From assembly GCA_963747235.1 (NCBI GenBank), contig CAVVEU010000014.1, positions 192,001 through 256,000 of the forward strand: 64,000 bases of DNA, written 5' to 3'. This DNA comes from an uncultured Candidatus Rokubacteria bacterium. Lineage in GTDB: Bacteria > Methylomirabilota > Methylomirabilia > Rokubacteriales > CSP1-6. Positions 22,343 through 33,105 of this stretch are shown piece by piece (position 1 is the first letter of the stretch; every line of letters begins with the position of its first letter). The notes below the pieces were generated by a model that was not told the DNA's origin, did no database searches, and was given only the letters and a program-made list of their open reading frames with translations. The translations under genes and the position numbers were made by a program.

Positions 22343-23166
22343 CGGAAGCGCTCGGCGGTGGTGCCGCGGTAGAGCAGCTCGCCCTGCCGGGCCATGATGG
22401 CGGCGTGCCGCGCCCGGGCCGCGGGATCGAGGTCGGCCGCGGGCGGCTCCTCGTGATCGAAGTGGTGGTAGTCGTCCACGCCGCGCACGAGGGTGGCGGT
22501 GTCCCGCGGCCCCGCGACCTGCCGGACGTGCGTCGGGATGTAGCGGATGGCGTAGCCGATGCGGCGATCCGCGGAGCGATTGGGCGGCGAGCCGTGGAAC
22601 ATGCGCACGTGATGCAGCGACATCTCGCCGGGGTGCAGCACCACGTCGACCGCCCGCGCCTCGTCCACCTCCACCATGACCTCCTGCCCCCGCGAGAGCA
22701 GGTTGTCCGGCGCGAAGGTGTCGCGGTGCGCGACCTGCTCGGTGTGCGTGCCCGGCACCATGCGCATGGCGCCGCTCTCGATGGAGCTCTCCGAGAAGGC
22801 CACCCACGCGGTCAGCACGTCCGGCTCGCTGAGCCCCCAGTAGGTCGAGTCCTGGTGCCAGGACACGAAGGCCGGATCGCGCGCCTCCTTGATGAAGAAG
22901 CTCGAGCTCCAGCAGAGGAGGTTCGGCCCGAGGAGATCCTCGACCGCGTCCACGATACGCGGGTGCCGGATCAGCTCGTCGAGCCAGGTGAAGAGGAGAT
23001 GGCCCTTGTGGCGGAGCTCACCGCCGAGCGGGCCGCCCCGCTCGCGCTCGATCGCCTCGAGCCGCGCGCGATAGCCGGCCGCCTCCTCGGGCGAGAGCAC
23101 GCGGTGGGGGAAGTAGAACCCGTCCGAACGGTACCGCGCCACGGCTTCGGGAGAGAGGGTGGTCAT
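22339..23166 (-). CDS. Phytanoyl-CoA dioxygenase (PhyH) family 2OG-Fe(II) oxygenase
   Basis: WHQD (HxD), FHGS, NRS..RR. Confidence 0.9.
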   Translation of the reverse strand: MTTLSPEAVARYRSDGFYFPHRVLSPEEAAGYRARLEAIERERGGPLGGELRHKGHLLFTWLDELIRHPRIVDAVEDLLGPNLLCWSSSFFIKEARDPAFVSWHQDSTYWGLSEPDVLTAWVAFSESSIESGAMRMVPGTHTEQVAHRDTFAPDNLLSRGQEVMVEVDEARAVDVVLHPGEMSLHHVRMFHGSPPNRSADRRIGYAIRYIPTHVRQVAGPRDTATLVRGVDDYHHFDHEEPPAADLDPAARARHAAIMARQGELLYRGTTAERFR

Positions 23167-23213
23167 GGCGCCACGTCTACCCGCCGGATCGCGAGCTGTC
23201 AAGCCCACTCTTC

Positions 23214-23332
23214 CCCTCTCCCTCCCTTGGGAGGGAGAGGGTAGGGTGAGGGTGGGAATGTAGGGTGAGAATGGGAACGGAGCGCACGAGGAACCGGCCC
23301 CTCACCCTGCCCTCTCCCCGAAGGGGAGAGGG
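23214..23332. repeat. Pair of REP-like elements, tails facing each other
   Basis: 23214-23252 (-) and 23298-23332 (+). Confidence 0.85.
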
Positions 23333-25647
23333 GGATGAGCGTTGCGCGTGGCGCGCACCATGGCGTGGATGTCGGCCCGCGTCACCGGCACGCGCTCGAT
23401 GCGGGCGCAGCCGAAGGGCGCCAGCGCGTCCTCGATGGCCTGGGCGATGAGGGGATGCACCGGCATGATGCCGCCCTCGCCCGCGCCCTTGGCGCCGAGC
23501 GGGTTGAGCGGGGTCGGCGTCTCGAGATGGCGCAGCTCGAAGCTGGGCGGCGCGTCGGCCGCGGTGGCGAGCGTGTAGTCCATGAGGGTCGCGGTGAGGC
23601 GCTGACCGGTTTCATCATAGGCGAGCTGGACATTGAGCGCGTCCGGCAGGCCCTGCACCACCGCGCCGTGGATCTGGCCGTCCACGATGCCCGGCTCGAG
23701 CACGTGGCCGCAGTCGTGCGCCACGATCCAGCGCAGGATCTGGACCGCGCCGGTCTCCGGATCCACCTCCAGCACCACCGCGTGGGTGCCGTTGGCGTAG
23801 CTCGACTGCGACACGCTGAAGACCTGGGTGTCCTCGAGGCCGGCGGCTTCACCGGGCACGCGGCCGGCGTGCGCGGCCGCCGCGACCTCGCGCCAGCCCA
23901 GCGCGCGGCTCGGCAGCCCGCGCACCGCGAACGCGCCGTGCTCGACCACGACGTCCGCCGGCGCCGCCTCCAGCAGGTGCGCGGCCACGCGCCGCGCCTT
24001 CTCCAGCACCGCGCGCGAGGCCAGCAGCGCGGCGCTGCCGCCGATCGCGGCGGTGCGGCTGCCGTAGGTGCCGCCGCCGGTGTGCACGAGCGCGGTGTCG
24101 CCGGTCAGCACCTCGATCGCGTCGGGATCCACGCCGAGCTGCCGGCCGACCAGGCGCGAGAACATCGTGACGTGCCCCTGCCCCTGCGGCGCGGCGCCGC
24201 TGACCACGGTGACGGCGCCGTCCGGATGCACGCGCACCACCGCGCTCTCGTTCGGCACGGTGGCGGTGGCCTCCACGTAGTTGACGACGCCGATGCCGAG
24301 ATAGCGCCCCTGCGCGCGCAGGCGCGCCTGCTCCTTGCGGGCCGCGGGCATGTCGAGCGCCTCCAGCGCCAGGTCCATGCAGCGCGGGTAGTCGCCGCTG
24401 TCGTAGTCCACCGGGCCGCGTCCCGCGGTGTTGAGGCCGGTCGCGTACGGGTGCCGGTCGGCGGGGATGAGGTTGCGCCGGCGCAGCTCCACCGGGTCCA
24501 TGCGCAGCTCGCGCGCCAGCGCGTCCATCGCGCGCTCGATCAGCGCGGTCCCGTACGGGCGCCCGGCGCCGCGATAGGCGCCCGCCGGCGTGGTGCACGT
24601 CATCACCCCGCGGAAGCGCAGGTCGAGCGTGGGGATCACGTAGGAGCCCACCGAGTGGATCATCGCGTTCTGCGGGAGGTTCAGGCCGGAGATGGTGTAG
24701 GCGCCCATCTCGTGGAGGAAATCGTCGCGCATCCCGAGCAGGCGGCCGTCCCGGGTGGCCGCGATGGTGACGTCGTGCACCTGGTCGCGCTCCACGCAGG
24801 CCACCAGCGTGTGCTCGCGCCGCGTCTCGATCCACTTCACCGGCCGGCCGAGCTGCCGGGCCAGCTCCGCCACCACGATGTACTCGGGGTAGTACATGCC
24901 CTTGGTGCCGAAGCCGCCGCCCACGTCGGGCGGCGCGATCACGCGCACGTGATCCTCGGGCAGGCCGAGCTGCTCCGCGATCACCCCCCGGTGCCGGTGG
25001 ACCATCTGCACCGCGCCCCACACCGTGAGCCGCGCGTCCTTCCACTGGGCGACCAGCGAGCGCGGCTCGAGCGGGTGCGCGCCGCCGCGGGCCAGGCGGA
25101 CGCGCGCGCGCACCGTGACCGGCGCGGTCCGCAGCACCTCGTCCACGTCGCCCACGCGCTGCCGCCACTCCGCCACCACGTTGCTGCCGACCTCCTCGAA
25201 GAGGATCGGCGCGCCGGGGGCCAGCGCGGCCTCCACGTCCACCACCGCGGGCAGCGGCTCGTACTCCACGCGGATGAGGTCGAGCGCGTCCCAGGCGCGA
25301 TAGACGTCCTCCGCGATCACCACCGCCACCGCCTCGCCCACGAAGCGCACGCGCTCGGCCGCCAGCGGCATGATCTTGCAGGGCACCGGCAGCGCCGGGT
25401 GCGGCGCGTAGATCGGGATCGGCGCGCCCGCCGGCCCCAGGTCCGCCGCCACGTACACGCCGACGACCCCGGGCAGCCGGCGCGCCGCCGCCACGTCGAT
25501 CGCGCGGATGCGCGCGTGCGCGTGCGGCGAGCGCAGCATCGCCGCGTGCAGGCACCCCGGCACGCGCAGATCGTCCACGAACTCCCCCGCCCCCGTGATC
25601 AGCCGCGGGTCCTCCCGCCTCCTCACCGCCCCAGCATGCTCAGCCAT
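23302..25647 (-). CDS. Xanthine dehydrogenase/CoxL-like Mo-binding large subunit
   Basis: RREDPRL, RSPHAHA, VGGGFGTKG, AYRGAGR, GQGH, DGQIHG, KGAGE; stop lies within a REP. Confidence 0.92.
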   Translation of the reverse strand: MAEHAGAVRRREDPRLITGAGEFVDDLRVPGCLHAAMLRSPHAHARIRAIDVAAARRLPGVVGVYVAADLGPAGAPIPIYAPHPALPVPCKIMPLAAERVRFVGEAVAVVIAEDVYRAWDALDLIRVEYEPLPAVVDVEAALAPGAPILFEEVGSNVVAEWRQRVGDVDEVLRTAPVTVRARVRLARGGAHPLEPRSLVAQWKDARLTVWGAVQMVHRHRGVIAEQLGLPEDHVRVIAPPDVGGGFGTKGMYYPEYIVVAELARQLGRPVKWIETRREHTLVACVERDQVHDVTIAATRDGRLLGMRDDFLHEMGAYTISGLNLPQNAMIHSVGSYVIPTLDLRFRGVMTCTTPAGAYRGAGRPYGTALIERAMDALARELRMDPVELRRRNLIPADRHPYATGLNTAGRGPVDYDSGDYPRCMDLALEALDMPAARKEQARLRAQGRYLGIGVVNYVEATATVPNESAVVRVHPDGAVTVVSGAAPQGQGHVTMFSRLVGRQLGVDPDAIEVLTGDTALVHTGGGTYGSRTAAIGGSAALLASRAVLEKARRVAAHLLEAAPADVVVEHGAFAVRGLPSRALGWREVAAAAHAGRVPGEAAGLEDTQVFSVSQSSYANGTHAVVLEVDPETGAVQILRWIVAHDCGHVLEPGIVDGQIHGAVVQGLPDALNVQLAYDETGQRLTATLMDYTLATAADAPPSFELRHLETPTPLNPLGAKGAGEGGIMPVHPLIAQAIEDALAPFGCARIERVPVTRADIHAMVRATRNAHPPLPFGERAG

Positions 25648-25672
25648 ATCGCTCTCGATGCGGGTCAGCCGT

Positions 25673-27187
25673 CTAGGTGTCGACGGGGATGCGGGAGCGC
25701 CAGTCCAGGTGCGGGAGATCAGGGGGCGCAGGGCCAGGATCACGAGGACGAGGCCGATGGCCAGCAGGGTGACCGAGATGGGCCGGGTGACGAAGATCGC
25801 GTAGTTGCCGGCGGACATGGCCAGCGACTGGCGGAGCGAGAGCTCCATCATCGGCGCCAGCACCAGCCCCAGCACGATCGGCGCGGTCTCGAAGTCGAGC
25901 TTGCGCAGCAGGTAGCCCACCACGCCCATCCCCAGCATGATCCACACGTCCACCACGCTGCTGTTGACCGCGTACACGCCCAGGATCGAGCAGACGAGCA
26001 CGATCGGGTACAAGACCGGGTACGGCACCCGCAGCAGGTTCACGAAGAGGCCGACCAGCGGCAGGTTCAGGATCAGCAAGATCACGTTGCCCACGTACAT
26101 CGAGGCGATGAAGCCCCAGAAGAGCCGCGGGTCCTGCTGGATCAGCAGCGGGCCCGGCGTCACCCCGTGCACCATCATGGCGGCCAGCAGCAGCGCGGCC
26201 ACCGGCACGCCGGGCACGCCCAGCGCCAGCATCGGCACGAAGGCGCCCGGACGTCGCCGCGTTGTTGGCCGACTCCGGGCCCGCCACGCCGGCGACGGCC
26301 CCCTTGCCGAACTCCTCCGGGTGCTTCGAGACCTTGCGCTCGACCGCGTAGGAGACGAACGTCGAGATCACGTGCGCGGAGCCCGGGATGATGCCGATCA
26401 GGAAGCCGATCCCGGTCCCGCGCCAGATCGGCATGTGCGCCTCGCGCCACTCCTGGCGCGACGGCAGGAGGTCGCGCAGCCGCGGGCGGATCACCGCGGG
26501 CGGATTCTCCTGCCCCGCGGTGAGCAGGATCTCGGCGAGCCCGAAGAGCCCCACCGCCACCGGCACCACGCCGATGCCGTCCGCCAGCTCGGTCACGCCG
26601 TAGGCGAAGCGGAAGTAGCCGCTCATCTGGTCGATGCCGATCATGCCGAGGAGCAGCCCCAGCGCCGCCATCGCGAGGCCCTTCAGCATCGAGCCGGTGT
26701 TCATGTAGGCGAGCACGAGGAGGCCCAGCAGCAGGAGGGCGAAGTACTCGGGCGGGCCGAAGCGCAGCGCGAAGGCGGCCAGCGGCGGGGCCAGGAACAT
26801 GAGCGCGACCACGCTCACCGTCCCGGCCACGTAGGAGCCGACCGCGGCGATGGTCAGCGCCGGCCCCGCGCGGCCCTTGCGCGCCATCGCGTAGCCGTCG
26901 ATGCACGTCATCACCGACGCGGCCTCGCCGGGGATGCGCATCAGGATGGACGTGGTCGACCCGCCGTACATCGCGCCGTAGTAGATGCCGGCCAGCATGA
27001 CGAGCGCGCGCGTGGCGTCGAGCCCGTAGGTCACCGGCAGCAGCAGGCTGATCCCGGCGAGCGGGCCCACCCCCGGCAGCACGCCCACCAGGGTGCCGAC
27101 CAGGCAGCCGATGAAGCCGTACCAGAGCACCCCGGGGGTGAGGGCCACCTGGAAGCCCAGGGCCAGGTTCTGGAGCGTCTCGAGCAA
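25673..27187 (-). CDS. tctA: Tripartite tricarboxylate transporter large permease, frameshifted
   Basis: [36 protein letters not shown]. Confidence 0.93.
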   Translation of the reverse strand: MLETLQNLALGFQVALTPGVLWYGFIGCLVGTLVGVLPGVGPLAGISLLLPVTYGLDATRALVMLAGIYYGAMYGGSTTSILMRIPGEAASVMTCIDGYAMARKGRAGPALTIAAVGSYVAGTVSVVALMFLAPPLAAFALRFGPPEYFALLLLGLLVLAYMNTGSMLKGLAMAALGLLLGMIGIDQMSGYFRFAYGVTELADGIGVVPVAVGLFGLAEILLTAGQENPPAVIRPRLRDLLPSRQEWREAHMPIWRGTGIGFLIGIIPGSAHVISTFVSYAVERKVSKHPEEFGKGAVAGVAGPESANNAATSGRLRADAGAGRARRAGGRAAAGRHDGARGDAGPAADPAGPAALLGLHRLDVRGQRDLADPEPAAGRPLREPAAGAVPGLVPDRARLLDPGRVRGQQQRGGRVDHAGDGRGGLPAAQARLRDRADRAGAGAGADDGALAPPVAGHVRRQLRDLRHPAHLGHPAGHRPRPRDPGPAPPDLPHLDWRSRIPVDT

Positions 27188-27190
27188 GAC

Positions 27191-27631
27191 TCAGAGCCCG
27201 AAGGGCCCGCGGGGCAGCGGCACGCGCAGCAGGGTGTCGAAGACGAAGAACGAGCCCCAGGCCATCGCCACCGTGAGCGTGAGCCCGAGCGCCCAGCCCT
27301 TGCGCTCCACGACCAGCAACAGGAACGCCACCACGACCGCCATGGTGAGCCGGTAACCGAGCCGCTCGAGCCCCCACGCGGCGAACGCGCAGGCGCCGAA
27401 GATGGCGAGCGCGTGGCGCCACTCCGGCCAGCCCACCTCGGCCAGGCGGCGGACGCGCGCGTCCATCGCGAACACCGCCGCGCCGAAGAGGATCAGCAGC
27501 GCGGCCAGGACCACCGGCATGTAGGCGGGCCCGGGCCGGTGGAGCGAGCCGAGCGGGAAGACCCGGCTCTCCCAGATCGTGACGAGCCCGATCAGCACGA
27601 GCGCCCCGCCGGCGACGCGGTCGACGGTCAC
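27191..27631 (-). CDS. tctB: Tripartite tricarboxylate transporter small permease
   Basis: Four TM helices, PGPAYMP, C-terminal LRVPLPRGP; lies between tctC and tctA. Confidence 0.88.
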   Translation of the reverse strand: MTVDRVAGGALVLIGLVTIWESRVFPLGSLHRPGPAYMPVVLAALLILFGAAVFAMDARVRRLAEVGWPEWRHALAIFGACAFAAWGLERLGYRLTMAVVVAFLLLVVERKGWALGLTLTVAMAWGSFFVFDTLLRVPLPRGPFGL

Positions 27632-27645
27632 GGCGCGCCCGGACG

Positions 27646-28624
27646 CTACTCGACCTTGCCGATCTGCTTCACCACCTCCGCGAGCCGGGCCGCGTCCTTG
27701 GCCCACCACGCGTTGAACTCGTCGGCGTCCATGTAGGCGATCGGGGTCTCGAGCTTGGCGTGCGAGGTGACCACCTCCGGCTCCTTCACCGCCTGACGGG
27801 CCGCGTCGCGCAGGATCTTGATGATGTGCGGCGGCGTGCCCTTCGGCGCCACCAGGCCCGCCCACGCGGTGTACTCGACGTCATAGCCCTGGGCCTTGAA
27901 CGAGGGGACGTCCGGGTAGGCCGCGACCGGCGCCGTCCCGCTGTGGGCGAGCAGCCGCAGCTTGCCGGCCTTCACGTGCTGGGCGGCCAGGCTCACCGGC
28001 GTCATCACGAGCTGGGCGTGGCCGCCCAGCATGGCGTTCATCATCGGCCCCCCACCCGTGGTCGGCAGGTGGCGCATCTTGATGCCGGCCGCCTTGATGA
28101 ACATCTCCATCGGAATGTGCGCCGCCCCGTAGAGGCCGGAGGAGGTGAAGACGATCTCGCCGGGCCGCTTCCTGGCGTCGTCCACCAGGTCCTTGAGCGT
28201 CTTCCACGGCGCGTCGGCCCGGACCACCAACATGGACGGATCGGCGTTGATCGCGGGCGATGCCGGTGAGCTGATCGAGCGTGTAGTTCTGCGGACGCCC
28301 GAAGAGCTTGTCGACCTCGGGCAGGACCGAGACGCTGACGAGGGCCATCAGCAGCGTGTAGCCGTCCGGCTTGCTGGTGGCGACGACCTGGTTGCCCACC
28401 GCTCCCGCCGCGCCGGGCTTGTTGATGATCGGGACCGGCTGCTTGAGGAGGCGCTCGAGCGCCGCCGCCACCGGCCGCGCCGTGTTGTCGGCCAGGCCAC
28501 CGGGCGGAAACGCCACCACGATGGAGACCGGCCGCGTGGGATAGGGCTCCTGGGCCCACGCGGAGCTCGCCGCGATCGCGGTCAGCAGGACGAACAGGCC
28601 CAGCCCGGAGAGCGCTCGCCTCAT
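27646..28624 (-). CDS. tctC: Tripartite tricarboxylate transporter substrate-binding protein (Bug), frameshift near 28255
   Basis: YPTRPVSIVVAFPPGG..D, NKPGAAG, PDGYTL, APKGTP. Confidence 0.92.
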
Positions 28625-28749
28625 GCTCATCTCCTTTGATGAAGAGCCGATGGGGTGCGGTCGCAGCCAGGGCCGAAGCCTAGCAGCCGGTCCCCGAGCA
28701 GGTCAAGGCGCGCTCATTGTAGACTGGCGCGCCACGGAGGCAGACCACC

Positions 28750-30399
28750 ATGGCGACGAACGGCAAGCTCACGGTCCTGAACCCGGTCGGCTTCGCTCCG
28801 AAGATCACCCGCAAGGAGCTGGCCCCTCGGCTCGACACGCTGCACGGCAAGACCGTCTACCTGGTGGACTGCCGCTTCGACGACTCGGACGTCTTCCTCC
28901 AGCAGATGCAGGCCTGGTTCGCCGAGCACATGCCGGCGGTGAAGACGATCGTCAAGCCGATCTCGAGCGTGTATCTCAAGGACGATCCGGCGACCTGGCA
29001 GGAGATCAAGGCGCGCGGGCATGCCGCCATCGTCGGCGTCGGCCACTGAAGCACCTGCGCGCCGGCGGTCGCCGCGCACGCGATGACGATCGAGGCCGCC
29101 TACGGGGTCCCCACCGTCGCCCTGCACACCGACAAGTTCGACCGCGTGGTCGGCGCCGTCGCGGCCCAGAACGGCATGCCGGGCCTGCGCCAGGCGTTCG
29201 TGCCCCAGCCGGTCATGGGCAAGACGGCGGCGGAGCTCCGCGCCTACATCGACGGGCGTGATCCGATCAGCCGGCGGCCGGTCATGCAGGAAGTGATCGA
29301 GGGGCTGACCCGGCCCTTCGCCGACGACGAGCGCGGCGCGATCGACTTCGACCGGTCCACGCCGCGGCTCGTCGAGCCCGACACCGAGGAGGCCCTGCAC
29401 CGCCTCTTCCTCGACCGCGACTGGACGGACAAGCTGCCGATCGTGCTCCCCACCGAGGAGCGCGTGGCCGCGATGCTGGCCGCGACCCGGCGCCGGCCCG
29501 ACGAGGTGGTCGGGCGCATGCGGCCGACCCATTTCCGGGAAGCGTGGGAGTACACGGTCGAGAAGGTCGCGGTGAATGCGGTCATGGCCGGCGCCGAGCC
29601 CGCGTACTTTCCGGTGATCCTGGCCCTCGCCGCGACGGGGGTGAGCGCGCGTGGCAGCAGCTCGAGCTCGCTCGCCACCATGGCGGTCGTCAACGGCCCG
29701 GCGCGCCACGAGATCGGCATGAACGTGGGCACCGGCGCGCTCGGCCCCCACAACCACGCCAACGCGACCATCGGCCGCGCCTACGGGCTCCTCTCGCAGA
29801 ACCTCCAGGGCGGCTCGGTCCCCGGCCTCACCTACATGGGCTCCATGGGCAACAACTACGCGTACAACAGTGTGACGTTCGGCGAGAACGAGGAGCGGAG
29901 CCCCTGGGAGCCCTTCCACGTCCAGCACGGCTTCCGGCCGACCGACAGCGCGGTCAGCGTGTTCACCGGCTGCCGCTCGACGGCCTTCACCCTCGGGCTC
30001 CGGGAGCGGTACTGGCGCGAGCATGTCCGCAACATGTTCCGCGGCATGGACCCGCACACCCCGCCGACCCTCCTGCTGGATCCCATCACCGCGCGGCAGT
30101 TCGTGGACCGGGGCGGGTTCCTGAAAAAGGATGCGCTCATCGACTGGCTCTACGACAATGCGCGGATGCCGGCCGGCGAGTACTGGGACTACCAGCTCGT
30201 GCAGAACTACATCTATCCCCGCGCCACCTTCGGCGAGGAGCCGTGGGCGTCCAAGCTCAAGGCGGCGCCCGACGAGCTGATCCCGATGTTCCGGCGCGAG
30301 GACATCCACGTGGTGGTCGTCGGGGGCGAGACCAACGGCTACTGGCGCATCATGGGCTGCGCGTACCAGACCACGCTCTCCGTCGACGCGTGGCGCTAG
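28750..30399 (+). CDS. Selenoprotein, 549 aa, Sec100 in a GH-U-STC motif: UGSC-type domain fused to a PTEERV/NAVMAG partner domain
   Basis: ORFs 28750-29049 and 29083-30399 are in the same frame, joined by TGA AGC ACC TGC; UxxC motif; SECIS-like hairpin directly downstream; no clear SD before 29083. Confidence 0.85.
29056..29078 (+). promoter_or_regulatory. Bacterial SECIS-like hairpin
   Basis: TGCGC-(GCC bulge)-GGC-[GGTC]-GCC-GCGCA; G-started apical loop 17 nt after the TGA. Confidence 0.7.
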
Positions 30400-30410
30400 A
30401 GAAAGGACTC

Positions 30411-31325
30411 ATGAAGCTCAGCGTCGAGTTTCCGAGCGTGTCCTACCGGGAGGGCCCGGCCGCGGTGGCCGACCTCGCCCGCGCCATCGAGCGGATCGGC
30501 TACGACCACATCGACATCTTCGACCACGTGGTCATGGGCGTGCCGATCGAGGGCCGCCCCCGCGGCCCCTACAACGCGGCGATGCCGATCCTCGAGGCCC
30601 TGATGGCGCTCTCCTACATCGCGGCCGTCACCACCCGCGTCACCCTCGGCACCGAGGTGCTCGTGCTCCCGCAGCGCCACCCCACGCTGGTGGCCAAGCA
30701 GGTGAGCACGCTCGACACGCTCTCCGGCGGCCGCGTGCGGCTCGGGGTGGGCGTCGGCTGGCAGGAGTCGGAGTACGAGGCCCTCGGCGAGCCCTTCCGG
30801 ACGCGGGGCGCGCGCATGGACGAGGCCATCCGCCTCCTGCGCGCCTACTGGACCGACGCCGAGGTGAGCTTCGAGAGCGCGCACTACCCCATGGTGTCCA
30901 TGGCCATGGAGCCCAAGCCGCCGCAGGCCGGCCGCCTGCCGATCTGGATCGGCGGTCTCTCGGAGGCCGCGTTCCGGCGCGTGGGCCGGCTCGGCGACGG
31001 CTGGCTCGCCAGCCGGGTCACCGACGCGGCCGGCGCGCGCGAGGCCATCGAGGCCATCCATCGCCACGCGGAAGCGGCCGGGCGCGATCCCGGCGCCATC
31101 GGCCTGCAGAGTATGGTGGCGCCGCCGCCCCGCGACGCGGCGGGCAAGACGTTCTACGCCGACCACGACGCGGTGGTGGCCCGCGTCGCCGCGCTCAAGG
31201 CCATGGGCTTCGGCTGGGTCGCGCTCAACGCCACCGCGATCTTCCAGGCCGGTGCGCGCTCCGTGGCCGCGATGACCGAGCAGCTCGCCACGCTGCACGA
31301 CCGCCTCCGCGCCGAAGTCGGCTGA
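30411..31325 (+). CDS. LLM-class (probably F420-dependent) oxidoreductase
   Basis: IFDHVV, LVAKQVSTLDTLSGGRVRLGVGVGW..EY; AAAGGA SD; 11 nt after the selenoprotein stop. Confidence 0.9.
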   Translation: MKLSVEFPSVSYREGPAAVADLARAIERIGYDHIDIFDHVVMGVPIEGRPRGPYNAAMPILEALMALSYIAAVTTRVTLGTEVLVLPQRHPTLVAKQVSTLDTLSGGRVRLGVGVGWQESEYEALGEPFRTRGARMDEAIRLLRAYWTDAEVSFESAHYPMVSMAMEPKPPQAGRLPIWIGGLSEAAFRRVGRLGDGWLASRVTDAAGAREAIEAIHRHAEAAGRDPGAIGLQSMVAPPPRDAAGKTFYADHDAVVARVAALKAMGFGWVALNATAIFQAGARSVAAMTEQLATLHDRLRAEVG

Positions 31326-31340
31326 TCCGCCGAGCTCCCG

Positions 31341-32198
31341 TTGCTCCCGACGCCACACGTGATGGCGCTGTCGAGTGCCCTGTGCGCGGCGTCCGCGACC
31401 ATCCTCATCCAGCGCGGGCTGCGCGGCTCGACCTTCTACGCCGGCGCCTGGATCAACGTGGTGGTGGGCGTGATCGCCGCGTGGTCGGCCGCCCTCCTGC
31501 TCGTCCGCTTCGACACGTTCCCGTGGCAGGCGGTCCCCTACTTCGCCCTCTCGGGCCTGATCGGCACCACCGGCGGCCGGCTCTTCCGCGTCCTCGCCAT
31601 CCAGAAGGTCGGCGCGCCGGTGGCGTCCGCCGTCAACAACATGACCCCGCTGGTGGCCAGCGGGCTGGCCATCCTGCTGCTGGGCGAGCGCGTGACGCTG
31701 CCCATCATCGGCGGCACGCTGGTCATCGTCGCGGGCACGATTCTGTTGTCGCTCAGCGGGCGCCTGGTGGGATTCCGCGCCCGCGATCTCCTGTATCCCT
31801 TCATCGCGGCCTCGTGCTTCGGCACGGTCCAGATCCTGCGCAAGCTCGGCCTGGCCTCGGCGGGCCCGCTGCTCGGCGCCACCATCAACGTCACCGCGGC
31901 CCTCATCGCGACGACCGCCTTCGTGGCGGCCTCGGGAAACCTGGGGTCGCTCCGCTGCAGCCGGCGGAGCCTGCTCTACTTCATCGGGGGCGGCATCGCG
32001 GAGAACGGCGGTGTCTTCCTCCTGCTGCTGGCCCTGGGCTTCGGCGACGTCAGCGTGGTGATTCCCCTGGCCGGCACCGCGCCGCTCTTCGTGCTCGGGC
32101 TGGCCTACCTGATCCCGAGCGAGCGGAGCAAGCTGGGCTGGCGGATCGTCGCGGGCGTGGGCCTCATCGTGCTGGGCGTGGCCCTGCTCTCGAGGTGA
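31341..32198 (+). CDS. DMT/EamA family transporter
   Basis: About 10 TM helices, duplicated EamA pattern (LLGERV, SERSKL). Confidence 0.85.
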   Translation: MLPTPHVMALSSALCAASATILIQRGLRGSTFYAGAWINVVVGVIAAWSAALLLVRFDTFPWQAVPYFALSGLIGTTGGRLFRVLAIQKVGAPVASAVNNMTPLVASGLAILLLGERVTLPIIGGTLVIVAGTILLSLSGRLVGFRARDLLYPFIAASCFGTVQILRKLGLASAGPLLGATINVTAALIATTAFVAASGNLGSLRCSRRSLLYFIGGGIAENGGVFLLLLALGFGDVSVVIPLAGTAPLFVLGLAYLIPSERSKLGWRIVAGVGLIVLGVALLSR

Positions 32199-32247
32199 GT
32201 GCCGGCGGGGCTTGACCCCGCGACCGGCCCGTGAGAACACTCGGCGG

Positions 32248-33105
32248 ATGGACCTCGTGTCCTGGCTCCTGCCCCTGGCCATCCTGGGCCCCCTGCTCGT
32301 CGCGGCCGTGGCCCTGGCGTGGGTCCTGGCGGCGCGCCTGCGCCGGATCCACGCCGAGATCGACGAGCGGGTCCGGGTCCGGACGAGCGAGCTGGCCGCG
32401 TCGGAGGGGGAGCATCGCCACCTGATCGAGGACTCGGCCGAAGGGATGATGATCCACCGGGGGGGCGTGATCCGCTTCACCAACGCGGCGGCGAACCGGC
32501 TCTTCGGGTTCGCCGACTCGACAGAGACGGTGGGGCTGCACTGGCTGGATCTCATCGCCCCGGACCATCGCGCGATGGTGACCGCCCGCGTGGACGCCCG
32601 CCTGCGGGGCGAGGCGATCCCGGCGACGGTCGAGCTGGAAGCTCTCCGGCGCGACGGGACCCGCTTCTGGGTCGCGGCCACCGCCACGGTGGTCGAGTGG
32701 GAAGGCGGCCCGGCCACCTTCGTCTCCTTCATCGACGTCAGCGAGCGGCAGCGCCGCGAGACCGCGGAGCGGGAAGCCGAGAGCCTCCGCTCGGTGGCCA
32801 AGCTGGCCAACGCCGCGGCCCACGAGATCAACAACCCGCTCACCGTGGTCGGCGGCAACCTGCAGCTCCTCTCCGAGCGGCTCGGCGACCGCCCGGACCT
32901 CGCGCGCTACTTCGAGCGCGGGGAACGGGCCGTCCGCCAGATCGCCGACATGATCAGCCACATGACGCGCATCACGCGGCTCACGCCGCTCACCGGCGTC
33001 GACACCGGCGGCGTGCCGACGCTGGACCTGCGCCGCTCCAGCGACCCCGCGCCGTCGGATGGCGCGGGCGAAGCGAAGAACGACGCCAAGAGCGATGCAC
33101 CGTGA
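32248..33105 (+). CDS. Membrane PAS + HisKA protein lacking a HATPase domain
   Basis: TM helix, PAS (NAAANRLFG..RRDGTRFW), AAHEINNPL H-box, no N/G1/G2 boxes before the stop. Confidence 0.8.
   Translation: MDLVSWLLPLAILGPLLVAAVALAWVLAARLRRIHAEIDERVRVRTSELAASEGEHRHLIEDSAEGMMIHRGGVIRFTNAAANRLFGFADSTETVGLHWLDLIAPDHRAMVTARVDARLRGEAIPATVELEALRRDGTRFWVAATATVVEWEGGPATFVSFIDVSERQRRETAEREAESLRSVAKLANAAAHEINNPLTVVGGNLQLLSERLGDRPDLARYFERGERAVRQIADMISHMTRITRLTPLTGVDTGGVPTLDLRRSSDPAPSDGAGEAKNDAKSDAP

Noticed and set aside
23302-26238. Apparent TctA-CoxL fusion (978 aa)
   Set aside because: A frameshift near the tctA 3' end creates read-through; the Mo subunit starts at 25647
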